Of a stretch of DNA of 64,000 nucleotides, positions 1 through 11,833 are shown piece by piece. Below the pieces are notes generated by a model. The model ran no database searches, was not told the DNA's origin, and was given only the letters and a program-made list of their open reading frames with translations. The position numbers were made by a program, and so were the translations under genes. The stretch's first letter is position 1. The number at the start of each line of letters is the position of its first letter. The stretch comes from Camelus ferus (lineage: Eukaryota), in the NCBI RefSeq assembly GCF_009834535.1, contig NC_045698.1, forward strand, positions 6,822,001-6,886,000, written 5' to 3'.

Positions 1-1289
1 GGAACTGGTTTGAGATAAATCTGGGCCAAAGGAAAGTTTGGATGATCTTTCATATGCCCTACAGAGCAAGCTGAGGAGGCTAGGGGCAAGATCAACTTAG
101 ATGCTGGATATCGAAGCCGTAAAAGCCAACAAAACCTCCCTCTGAATATCTAAAAGGCTGTGTGGGTACAGTCAGGGGACTGGAGACTAAGGCCACGTGG
201 AGCCCAGAGACTCAAACTTAGAGAAATAGTAGGTTTCCATGACTGCCCTGAGGATGACCACAGGAAGAGACCCCCACGCCCAGACAGCACCTGTGAGAAG
301 GCCCTTCAGGGTGAGCAGGGGGGACATCATCCTTAAGATGCAGTAGGGGGACCTACCTGAGTCAAATGTTGACCATAGCAATCAAAGCATGATTCAGGAA
401 ACAGAGCATGAGGGAGGGAAACCAAGTAAGCTAGAAGCCTTCACACTGAGAAACACCAAGGAGAGAAGTGTGAAGAGAAAGGCTTCAGAGAACAAGACAC
501 TAGGTGAAGTAAAGGGAGATTATGTGACATTTTTTATTGTGAACTAAATAAAATATACACTAAAGGAAGTAATAAGCCACACTAATGGGGTGGAAAACAC
601 AATGTAAATATAGAATGGGTGGATATAAGTGGGCTGCTGACAATGCAGAAGAAAACATATGCACGACTAAACATAATAATTTAATGACAATAATTTATTT
701 TGAAAGTCTCAGGATATACTACTAAAGGCAGAGGGAGTGTAGAGCTTTTGCAATTTTTCCTGTTACCTAGTAGAGTCAAGGTAAAGGAGTCTTACTTTGG
801 AAAATAGGTTAAACAACTTTTGGAAACATGTCAAAATTTTAAAATAGCCTATATAACGATTGGTTTAAAATAAAGCGAAAGTCGTAAGCTATAAATAGAG
901 TAGTAATAATAGCAGTGAGAATAGACCACATAAAACGTTAAAGCAAACTGCCAAGTGTGTGATCAGAGTAAAGTTCCCAGCTCTATATGTTTTCATTACA
1001 AACCATATAAAACAAAGATAAGTGAACTAAGCAATCAACTAGAGAAGTTCAAAAGGGATAATAAATAAGAAAAAGTAGGAAAAGAAGAAAAAGAAGAGAA
1101 AGAAGGAAGGAAAGGAGGAAGGAAAAGCCATTGTAATGGAAATAATTGAATTCAAGTTCAATCTAAAAACTGCCTTAAACCAAAAATGGACAACCTCTTG
1201 ATACAAAAAGGAGATAAAATTCAAGTAAATGCTATCAGGAAAATGAAAGAGAGAAATTGTTCCCCAAAACACAGAAGATTTTGTTCGAG

Positions 1290-2915
1290 TCAAAACAATA
1301 TTAGACTTTGATGAAAGAAATTGAAGAAGACATAAGCAAATGAAGATATTTATTCATGGATTGGTAGAATTAATATTGTTAAAGCATCCATACTACCCAA
1401 AGCCATGCACAGATTCAATGCAATCTCAACCAAAATTCCAATGGCATTTCTCACAGAAAAAAAAAATTTTTAAGTCATATGGAGACACAAAGGACCCCCA
1501 AAGAGTGAAAACTATCTGGAGAAAAAAGAATAAAGCTAGGGGCATCACAAATCCTGATTTCAAACTATACTACAAAGCTATAGTAATCAAAGCAGGACAG
1601 TACTGAAACAAAAATAGACACATAGACTCATGGAACAGAACCAAGAGCCCAGTAATAAACCCCACTTGTGCATTCAACTAATATTCAACAAGGAGCTAAG
1701 AACACTAAATGGGGGAAGGATGGTCCTTTCAATAAATGATGTTCAGTAAACTGGATATCCCTGCAGAAGAATGAAGTTGGACCCCTATCTTACACCACTC
1801 ACAAAAATTAACTTGAAAAGAATTAACCATAAGATCTGAAACCATAAGACTTCAAAAATAAAAATAGCGTAAAAGCTTCTTGACATTGATTTTGGCAACA
1901 AAAACTTCTTGACATTGACTTTGGTTGGGACATCAAAAGCACAAGCAACAAAAGCAAAAATAAACAAGAGGGACCGTATCAAACTAAAAGCTTTTTCACA
2001 GCAAACAGAAACAACCAACACAATGAAAAGCCAACCTACAGAATGGGAGAGAATATTTTCAAATCATATTCCTGATAAGAGGTTAATAAGTTAATAAGTG
2101 TTGGTGAGGATGTGAAGAAAAGGAAACCCTTGTGCACTGTTGGTGGGATATAAACTGATGCAGTCACTATGGAAGACAGTATGGAGGTCCCTCAAAAAAC
2201 TAAAACTAGAACTATAATATAATGTAGCAATCCCACATCTGGGGATACATCCAAAGGAAATGGAAACAAGATCTTGAAGAGATATCTGCACACCCATGTT
2301 CCCTGCAGCATTATTCACAATATTCAAGATGTAGAAACAACCTTAGTGTCTGTCAGTGGATGAATGGATAAAGAAGAAATACAATATATCTTATACGTAT
2401 GCACATAGATATACAATGAAATACCATTCAGTCTTGAGGAAAAAGGAAATCTTGTCATTTGTGACAACATAGGTGGAACTTGAGAGCATTGTATTAAGTG
2501 CATAAGCCAGACAGAGAAAGACAAGATATACTGTGCGATGTCACTTAAGTGTGGAATCTAAAAAAAGACAAACTCATAGAAACAGAGGTTAGAATGTTGG
2601 TTACCACGGGCTGGGGGTGGGGTAAATGGGGAGGTTCTGTTTAAGGATATAAACTTCCAGTCACAAGATGAGTAAGTTCTGGCGATCTAATCTATAGCAT
2701 GGTGGTGATACTCAATAGTACTGTATTTCATATATACCTATACTGAAAGTTGCTAGGAGACTTTTAAATGTCATCACCACAAAAAAGAAATGATAGTTAT
2801 GTGACATGATGGTAATTATACGATAGCTGATGATATGTTGATAATCATATAAATGTATAAAAACAACATGTTTTACACAGTGTTATATGTCAATTATATC
2901 TCAATAAACCTGGAC
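1290..2915 (+). mobile_element. 5'-truncated LINE-1 (L1MA8/9-like): decayed ORF2 3' part plus 3' UTR, with an internal deletion at ~2090
   Basis: ORF2-like peptides in the ORF track (WRKKNKARGITNPDFKLYYKAIVIK; KAQATKAKINKRDRIKLKAF; MKSQPTEWERIF) with frameshifts; typical L1MA 3' UTR ending CAATTATATCTCAATAAA at ~2891-2908. Confidence 0.92.
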
Positions 2916-2919
2916 AAAG

Positions 2920-4110
2920 ACTATGCATATAATACCCTACAACGAAATTAAAGATTTTTTTAAATAAATGGATTATTTCTGAGAAAATATCCTCTGTGTG
3001 TGTGTGTATCTGAATGAAACAAAGTGACAAAACAAAATAAAGCAAAGCGCTATGCGCCATAAAGCCTTTAGAGCTATTTTACAGACTAGTTCTTCGAAAC
3101 TTCAAAGAAAGAAGTAGTCTGTATAAGATGTAAATTACTCAGAAGAGAGAAAACAAAGCTATCCAGTTCATTTTATCAAACTAGCAGAAGAGCATTAGAC
3201 CAATGTGTAACAAATATATCACAAAATAAATTAAAACTCAAGTCTACTGTCACTTGGAAATATGGATTTTGAAGACAATTCAATTATACATAAAAAAATC
3301 ACCCACCCTAGAAAGGAAGGTTGTTTCCACTAATGCAAATTGGTTTAGTATTAGGAAACCTATTAATATAATGTTATACTTTAAAAGAACTAATATGAAA
3401 AATGAAGAATTCTGCTATTGTCAAAAAGAAAAAAAAGTTCATGGAATTTTAACACTATTTGCTATTTTTAAAAAGCTCAGGTAATGACAAATAAAAGAAT
3501 ACTTTCATAGTATGATTTTTTTTAATGTCTTAACTACTCCACTTAATTTTAAAATACTAAACACTCTCTGATTAAAATCAAGAAAAAGATAATCATCACT
3601 ATCATTATTTCATATGGTTCTGCAAGTCTGGTTTATGCAATAAGATACGGAACAGAAATTAAAACAAAACCATTAGGAAGGATAAGGCAAAAGTAATTAG
3701 CAACTGCAAAAAAGTAAATTTTAAAATCTAAAAAAGCAATAAAAAACCCTCTGAAAATTAGAAAACTCAATAAAGTTGACAAAAATTTATCTTAACCTCT
3801 GCTTCAGAAATATGTCTTAATAGACAGGTATCTTCTTCTCAGCACATTCATGACACAAAGCATTAGGAATAACCTCATTAAAGAAAGATAATGTTATTGT
3901 GAAAGACAAAATATTTAAAAAAAAAAAACTAAAGAAGCAACATGCTATGTTCTCAGATAAAAGCATGATGAATATTTTACCCTGTCCATTTTGCTTAGTG
4001 AATATGTTGTTCTAATGAAATTGTTATCAAAATCCCAATAAATTTTTTTTTATTTGGACTTGGAAAATATGATTCAAAACATCTTGAAAGAATAAGCTTG
4101 TCCAGATAGC
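2920..4110 (+). mobile_element. old, highly diverged LINE-1 ORF2 remnant (L1M/L1ME-like)
   Basis: A-rich sequence with degraded L1 ORF2 motifs (AAATCAAGAAAAAGATAATCATCACTATCATTATTTCATATGGTTCTGCAAGT; ATCAAAATCCCAATAAATTTTTT); bases ~400-1290 look like similar old L1 material. Confidence 0.55.
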
Positions 4111-4849
4111 TTAGGTGTTCTGTGTCAATAGTTTTCAAATGAGTTATTTATATTTGATTGCCTAAGCAGCATCATAAAACAAGATGTATACCACTCTTAA
4201 ATATTGTCAACATTACATCAAAATTGGTATCCTAAAATCCTGGTTAATCTATTGCAATGGTTGTATAAACTGCACCTTTCTGTAAAGTTGCAGTGTTTTG
4301 TTTTGTTTTTAATAAACTTGAGACAAATTTTTCCATTGACTTTCAAAGTTTAAAAAGTGCAGGAAAACACAAAAGGAAGGAGGTAGATACCCTCACAACA
4401 TGTAAACACATCTGGGAATCAAGTCAGCAGATTTTATTTTAACAACAACAAATTCTTAGTAAAGACATCTTATGAAAGGCAGAGAATATTCTGGAAACTC
4501 CATCCTCTGCAGCTTGTGAGATTCTTGTGAACGCCAGAATTAAGTGACTAAACTATACATAGATACAGCCAGACATCACAGATTCATGAAGGAATGTTAT
4601 TTTTTTAAGTTTTCAAAGAAAATGATTTTGTATGTGTTCATTCTCAGTGTTGTGTTTCAGGTTTGCTTGTCCCATTCCTCTATACTTTAGTACATACAGT
4701 GAAAACAGAGTGACATCCAGTTACTCTTTTTTACCAGAAAGGAGTTTTGCAATAAAGGAGACCTCCCCCCTTAAGAGCTAAGCTGAAAAGAGGTCCCAGC
4801 CTACCCCTGTGTATGAAATACCCAACGATGTCAGAAGGCACAATACAAA

Positions 4850-5540
4850 AGAGTAGATTGAAATTAAGACCTCAGAGAGATCTGCGTTCCTGTGTTCACT
4901 GCAGTGTTATTCACAGTAGCCAAGATATGGAGACAACCCAAATGTCCTTCATGCACGAATGGATAAAGAGAGTGGATAAAGAATATATGCTTACAATGGA
5001 ATATTACTAAGTATTTTAAAAGAAGGAAATCCTGTCATATTCGGCAACATGGATAAACCTGGAGGACATGATGCTAAGTGAAATAAGCCAGACACAGAAA
5101 GAAAAATGGTCCAGGATTCCACTTACATGAGGCAACTGAAATAACCCAACTCAGAAAAGCAGAGAGTAGAATGGTAGTTGCCAAGGGCTGGGAGGAGCGG
5201 GGCACAGGGAGTTTGTGTTTTGGATATAAACTTTCAGGAATGCAACATGACGAATTTCTAGAGCTCTAGTGTATAACACAGCACCTATGGTTAACAAACA
5301 CTGGATTGTAGACTTAAAATTTTTGTTAAGAGGATAGATCTCATGTTAAATGTTCTTACCACCAAAAAAAGGGCCAGGGAGGCACCAGGAAACTCTTGGA
5401 GGTGATGGATGTGCCTGTTACCTTGATTACAGTGACGGTTTCATGGTGTGTGGTTACGTCCAAACTCATCGAATTGTACACAGTAAATATGTGCAGTTTT
5501 TTGTGTATCAATTATATCTCAAAAAGCTGTTTAAAAAGAA
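4850..5540 (+). mobile_element. LINE-1 3' end (L1MA10/L1MB-like)
   Basis: ATGGATAAACCTGGAGGACATGATGCTAAGTGAAATAAGCCAG ... GGAGGTGATGGATGTGCCTGTTACCTTGATT ... TCAATTATATCTCAAAAAGCTGTT, standard L1 3' UTR blocks. Confidence 0.9.
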
Positions 5541-6768
5541 AATGGTAACAGGTAAACTGTGAAGTCAGAGAGAACAGACCAAGACACGTGGAAGTAAATC
5601 TGTTCTCACAATTATCCTCAAACTATAGAGTAAATGCAATGATTAGAAGCATCTAGTTTTCATTTAAACACACTAAATGATCCACCACTTAAGCCCAATC
5701 AGAGGTGCAATTAACTCTACGAACTAAAGTCAAAGGGATGAAGCTGAACATCCCCGGAATGAATCAGGTCCCTTCGATGCTTTCAAGCTCCCATTACCAT
5801 GTGGCCGATGCAGCTCTCTGACTTCTCAGAATGGTTTATTCCTCTGGCGAAGATTTATATGAGTTGAAATGATACAGTCCTGTTTCATTACTTGTGCCTA
5901 ATGCCTTGAGCCACTACCAAATAACAGAGATTTACATCGGAAGCCAAAGTCGGATTCTGTTGCCAAAACTCACATGGTCTCGGGGATTCTGTGATTTTTT
6001 TCTGGCATCCGAAACTCTCTCCAAACACACTTCCCCTGTGGACCTTAATAATTTACGGGAAAACCGAGTGCTCTGATGTTTGGCCAAACTGCCCTCGGCT
6101 ACCTTGACTTTCTTCTCTCTACAAGCCTATATTTTTTTAATTGTAGCATGCTGTTTCTGATTCCTGACTACTTTGCCCTCTACAAAGACACTGTTAGCTA
6201 AAGGCCTACAGCATCTTTGAAGCCATAATTCACTTTTTTCTTCTATCAACGTAAAGTTAGCAGGTCCCTGGGGCATCATCAGCCCAAGGAGGAACCACAA
6301 CCATGCATCTTTGATGCAAAAGGATTGAGCCCCTTTCTTCAGAGTTCTTCAGAGAAAGCTACCCCATCATTTCTCAGAGAACTTATGCTAGTATCTTTGA
6401 AACTCCAAAGAAACTCTGGTGTTTAACCTAATCCCAGTGTGTGAAAAACAGAACTTCACTCTGCCTGAAACAAACAAAACTAAAGCATACAATCCTGAAC
6501 ACAGTGAGATTTTTTTTTCTCTTTTTTATTACTATCTTCTCATCAAGATTCTAAGGGAGTTGATTTTTAAATGACCCTGATTCAGTATGTTTCCTAACAT
6601 TGAAATTGAATCATTCATCAAGTTCACAATTCTGAAACAATGAGGTTTCCAGACCAGAAACTATGTGTCTACTCTAGTTTCATTATGGGTCCAATTTAAC
6701 AAATAATGAAAACTGTGATTTTAAGCAATGTAGAATTCACTTAGAGACTAGCATAGATGGAAGGGAGT

Positions 6769-6822
6769 TTATATATATTATATATATACATACACACACA
6801 CACACAGACACACACACATACA
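6769..6822. repeat. compound (TA)n(CA)n microsatellite
   Basis: directly visible dinucleotide runs. Confidence 0.9.
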
Positions 6823-6974
6823 TGCCTCCATGGAGATGCCCTTCATTATCTTTGCCCTTGTTTTCTGTTTGTGTAGTTGGCCAGGAAATAATAGAAAAGA
6901 CAGACTGGGAGGGTGTCATTCTGAGGAACTCAAATTTGTGTCTTGCCATTGTACAAGAGACTTGAAATACAGCA

Positions 6975-7369
6975 TATGAGTTATTTAGGGCTACCATAAT
7001 AAAATTCCACAAACGGTGTGGCTTGCACAACAGAACTTTGTATTCTCACAATTCTGGAGGCTAGAAGTTTCAGATCAAGGTGTCAGCTGGGTTGGCTTCT
7101 CTTGAAGCTTCCCTCCTTGGCTTGTAGATGGCCGTCTTCTCCCTTGTTCTCACATGGTCTTCCCTCTGCGCGTGTCTGCATCCTAATTTCTTCTTCTTAT
7201 AAGGATATCAATCATGTTGGATTAAGGCACATCGGTGACCTCATTTTAACCTAATTATATCTTTAAAGACACTTTCAGTCCAAATAGAGTCACATTCTGT
7301 GGTACTGGAGGTTCAGGCTTCAACATTGGAATTCTGGGGGAAGGAGAGGACATAATTCAGTCCGTAACA
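6975..7369 (-). mobile_element. MaLR solo LTR (MLT1A/B/C-like)
   Basis: AGGGCTACCATAATAAAATTCCACAAAC ... TCTCACAATTCTGGAGGCTAGAAG ... CATAATTCAGTCCGTAACA, the reverse of the MLT1 LTR termini. Confidence 0.85.
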
Positions 7370-8559
7370 CGAACATTACATTTCTCAAAGGAATGATGGG
7401 GGTGTTCAACACTTCCGATATAGGCAAACACCACTGGCCAACTTGTCTCTCAAAAGTAGAAGTGGTAAACATTTCCCCATGTGCATGAGTGGGAAGCAGT
7501 TCTTGCGGAAAGGGGTTACTATTTCATTCACAACATGGTGGATGCCCCACACAGGGAGTCTTGCAATGACATTCATGTCTTTCTTCCCTGAACTCTTTTT
7601 TCACTGAAGTTTTTTCCCTTCGTACGTCTGGCAAGATGATGAATATTAGCTTTTCCGGGACCAGGTTGAGTAACTGTGAGTTACTGCATGGAGCAAACTA
7701 CTTTTGTGACAAGAAAAATGAAATGTGATGGGATGACACTGGGTGTTTCAAAAGTCTTCCTCAATATCTTATTAATATTGCATGTGAGTATAACCTGGTA
7801 CAATGACAAAGGAACAAGATGCCTGTTCCTCTGAGAAGCAAGGAACTAATGATCAACAGACAGACATAAACAAAAGGAAACCTAAAAGCTGGAAATTAGA
7901 CTCAGTGATGATTTGACAAATACTAACTTTAAAGCATACCTATATGTGTATTAACTCCAAATACTTTTGTGAAGTTGTTTCTTCATCTATTGGGAAATCT
8001 TTTTTCCAATTCTCATTACAACAGGTTTTCACGTGTTTTACATGTTTTGAAAGTTTATTAAATATTTTCCAAATCAAATTTACACAAATTTCTCTTCTTC
8101 CTTGCAATCACATTGCTCCTCTTCATGATAATACGTCTCTCAAAAATTAAAGAGTCTTTTAGAATGAACTGTTCTTAAATTTAATTAAAGTCTCTGGTAG
8201 AATGATATGAATATGACTTGCAGGAGACAAAATTGGCTAAAGAGTCACTTTATGAAGAACAAAATGAAATTTAGATGTCCCATCTCAAGAGAATTTTAGA
8301 AGGAATGTTGAGCATGAAGCTACTGTTAGAACTGTGTGCTTTCTGTCCTCTCATCTCTCCAAGTCAGCCAGTTGGAAGGCTGCTTCCTTCCTCTCTTTCC
8401 TTTAAGCCTTTAAATATTCTTTCTGGTAAGAATCTATCAAAGGTCTGTCCCACAAGTGACAAATGCTTCTCATAGTTTTGCACCTGTGAGAATAAAACCT
8501 GCATTTGCTTAGTAAATATACGTTTATTTACCTCTCACTCTTCCAGGTACTTTGCTAGG

Positions 8560-8766
8560 TCAGATCAAGGGCGATTCCCCCAACCCAGCCCCAAGAGACA
8601 GTGTCTAGAGAGACTTGAGGTTATCACACAGAGGAGAAGGATTGCTACGAGCATCTAACAGGTAGAGACCAGAGACACTGCTACACACCTTACAATGCAC
8701 AGAGAGCTCCTCCAATAGCAAATCATCTGGTCCAAGTGTCAATAGTGCCAAGGGTGTACAACCATG
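8560..8766 (+). mobile_element. MER20 (hAT-Charlie) DNA transposon
   Basis: GGGCGATT...GCATCTAACAGGTAGAGACCAGAGACACTGCTACACACCTTACAATGCACAG...GTCAATAGTGCCAAGG follows the MER20 layout. Confidence 0.8.
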
Positions 8767-8829
8767 TGGCAGATCCTTGGAAACACAAAGAAACTCACAA
8801 AGCAGAAACTTGTAAGTGCTTAGGCACTT

Positions 8830-8942
8830 AACCAGCTGAGCCCAGCGGACATTGCTGATCAGAAGAACTATGAGTTAAATAATTATCGTTTTAAGCCACT
8901 GTGTATGAGAGTGAGTTGTTACATGGAAATAGCTCACTGACA
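8830..8942 (+). mobile_element. MaLR LTR 3' fragment (MLT1G/H-like)
   Basis: CCAGCTGAGCCCAGC...TTTTAAGCCACTG...GTTGTTACATGGAAATAGCTCACTGACA. Confidence 0.65.
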
Positions 8943-10899
8943 TGAGTTGGTGGTTTAAAAAACTGGCCTAGGTGAGAATGCCCAGGATGATCTCGTCAAG
9001 CTGGAAGAGATGAGGGCAGAAGGATGCAATGCCAGAGACAGGCCAGTTTAAAAGGGATGGTGGAGTGATGAAGAGAGCCAACAAAGTGAGGGAGGTATGG
9101 GGGGAAAAGTAAACAAGAGGAACAGAGCTGGGGGACCCAAGAGAGATAAGAAAGGAAAAGGAACAGGAAGTTTCAAGAAAGAGGGGGAAATAAATCTGGT
9201 GAAAGGGAGAGGCCAGTCAGAGAAGCACTGAACAGGGCCCGTTAAATAAATAACACCTCCTTTAATATCATGGCCTGAGAGAAAAAACAAAGCTAACCCC
9301 CGGTAGATTGTTTCCAGTCTCATGTACCAGGATATGCTTGAAGACTTGGTTGGTCTCCCGAGAGGAGGTCTAAATAGAGATTTGGAACTCTAGTCAGTGC
9401 TCATAATACCAGAATTAAGGGCACCCCCCACCACTGCCAACATCTAGAGGACAGTTCTTGTTTGGTAGAGAAGGCGTTGGAAGCAAGAGGAGAAGGAGGA
9501 GGAGGACAAGGCACCAGGAGTTCATCAGGAATTGTGGCTGGTGTGTGGCTAAGGTGCGTCTGGGTGTGATACTGTCAGGTAGGGATGTAGACTCTCGTAC
9601 GAGATGGCCGGGGGAAAATGAACAAATAAGTCTACAAAAGTGATGAGCGCTGTAGCAATGGAGCTCATCACACTGGTAAAAGGACTGTTAGGGAGCCCTC
9701 ACTTCGTAGAACAGCTATGAGAACACCAACTGGGGGGAAGCGACAAGGACCAAATGGGGACTAGAGGGGGAGCATCCAGGCAGATGGGATCCAGCCACAC
9801 ATACACAGAAGTCATCCCGCTCAGCAGCAGTGACTGTGAGGAATGAGGGAGACCAATCCCTGGCCAGCTAGGATGGCCAAGCTTTGAGCAGAACCTAAAA
9901 GGCCCCTGAGAAGCCGTGTAACAGTCCTCAGAACATGAAAGGAGCTCTTTGGTGAAACTTGGCAATCCCATCAGAGCCGGGCTGACACTGCATCTGTGCC
10001 CACAACTGCCCCAAGTCAGATTTGAGTGGATGAGGAGGCAGGACTCTTAGAAAGAGAGTTTGCTCATATCCTTGTAAGATGAAATGTCTCAGCCACTAGA
10101 TGGACTTCATGCTCTGAGAACAATATCCCATAAGATGAAGATTTTAGGGCTGAGAGAGTCAACTTTGCCGTAATGGAAACTGATTCCATTCCAAGTCACA
10201 CAGCTGATATGTAGTAAAATCACACAAATGATAATGTACCCTTAATTTCTAGTCTAGAAAATTTTTGACTGTACTACCTTTGTTTAAATTAAATAGGAAA
10301 TATTAATTGACACTCTGGTGGACAGGTGAAGAAATTACAGGACAAAACCAGATGCAGTGATTTCCCTGCAACTAGGAAACTTAAGATGAAGTTTGAATTC
10401 AGATCATAAGGGTTGGACCCCATGAGCTTAAGGATGCCTTAGCCTCTTGTTTTATGTTATGTTCATCCTGATTTTCTGCATTACCATTTCTTTCCTCAGA
10501 ACTTACCCCTCCCTAGAGTACCTTCTTTTTTCATTGACCCGTGTACTTTATCTGCTTCCTGCAGCAACAGCTCCACTGAGGAAAAAATTCAGATATTATA
10601 AATCTAATTTAGTAAGTGAAATAGATCCCAGGGGCTGCAGGCTGCCTGCTCCTGAGTTGCAGTGAGATTTAAGTATTTAAATGTAAATAGTTAAGACCCT
10701 CTAAGAACAACAAAAGGTAATGCATGATGAAGAAAGCAAACAAAGGCATCCTAAAACCATAGATTTTTTTTTTTTAGAGAAGTAGAAACATGCAGATTTT
10801 TAAAAGAGGGATAAAAATGGACAGAGGATATAAAAAATTAGTCCACACACACAGAGAGAAATCAAATAAGTGGCCAATTAGTGGCCAATTCATTCAGGC

Positions 10900-11600
10900 C
10901 AACAAGTGAACTGAGGTTCAGCCTAATTTATAACTAAAATAAAGCGGATAAAAGGACAGCTTATTTTTTCCTATCAGATTGCCAAAAGTTAAGAAGTTTG
11001 ATAAAACCCAGAGATGATGAGAGTTTGAGAACAGACATCCTCACGCATTGCTAATGGGCATGTAAATTGGTGCAGTGTGTCGGAGCACACTTCTAAACTA
11101 GCAGAATGTGAAGCAGACATGCCCAGTGGTGTCTCCATTTCACTTCCAGCAATTTATCCAGCAGGTATATATGCACAAACGTGCCTACACGTTTATTCAC
11201 TGCAGATTGTTTGTGACAGCGGGAAACTAAGCACAAGCTAAATATCCACAAGTGGCCAACTGGACATTGCTTTTCGGTGGGAAGAAAACTACACAGTCAT
11301 TTTTTTAAAGTTAAATAAATTCATTTGTGTTTTTAGGGATAGGACTTCAAAACAGAGTCACTGCAAGGAACTAATGTGGAAAATTGTAATGCACGTATAC
11401 CCGTGAATAAAGAGGCTTCTTCATGCACTGAATATTAATAGACTAACACCAGGAAACTCTTGAGAGTGCCCTCCCACCCCCCATCGCTTATGGCTAGAAG
11501 ATCTAAAGGATGGGGGTGGGAGTGGAGGATGCCTTCTAATTTTACACTGTACTCTTTTGTCCTGTTTGAATTATTTCCTGGGAATGTGTTTATATTGCTC
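10900..11600 (+). mobile_element. old LINE-1 3' end (L1ME-like)
   Basis: TCACGCATTGCTAATGGGCATGTAAATTGGTGCAG ... TTTCACTTCCAGCAATTTATCC ... TACTCTTTTGTCCTGTTTGAATT. Confidence 0.7.
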
Positions 11601-11731
11601 TCCTAATTACTATTAAGTGAAGAGAAGCCCAAAACTGAAATTCAGTTCCTATTGATTGTCTCTAAAAACCTCCAAATCCTAATCATTACTTTGATCAACC
11701 TTGTCCTGAGCCCAGGGACGTCTGGGGCTCT

Positions 11732-11833
11732 CAGGTGACCAAGTGCCCCAGTGTGTCTGTGACTGAGGACTTTCTGAGATACAGGGCTTTCAGTGCTAAA
11801 TTAGGACAGCCTGGGGACACGGTGGGCACCCTG
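11732..11833 (-). mobile_element. MER81-like hAT-Blackjack MITE
   Basis: terminal inverted repeats CAGGTGACCA ... TGGGCACCCTG and internal GGCTTTCAGTGCTAAA. Confidence 0.75.

Noticed and set aside
1340..2094. ORFs with L1 ORF2-like peptides (also 21881-22141 and 57.2-58.3 kb)
   Set aside because: Frameshifted, truncated retrotransposon relics, not host genes or active elements.
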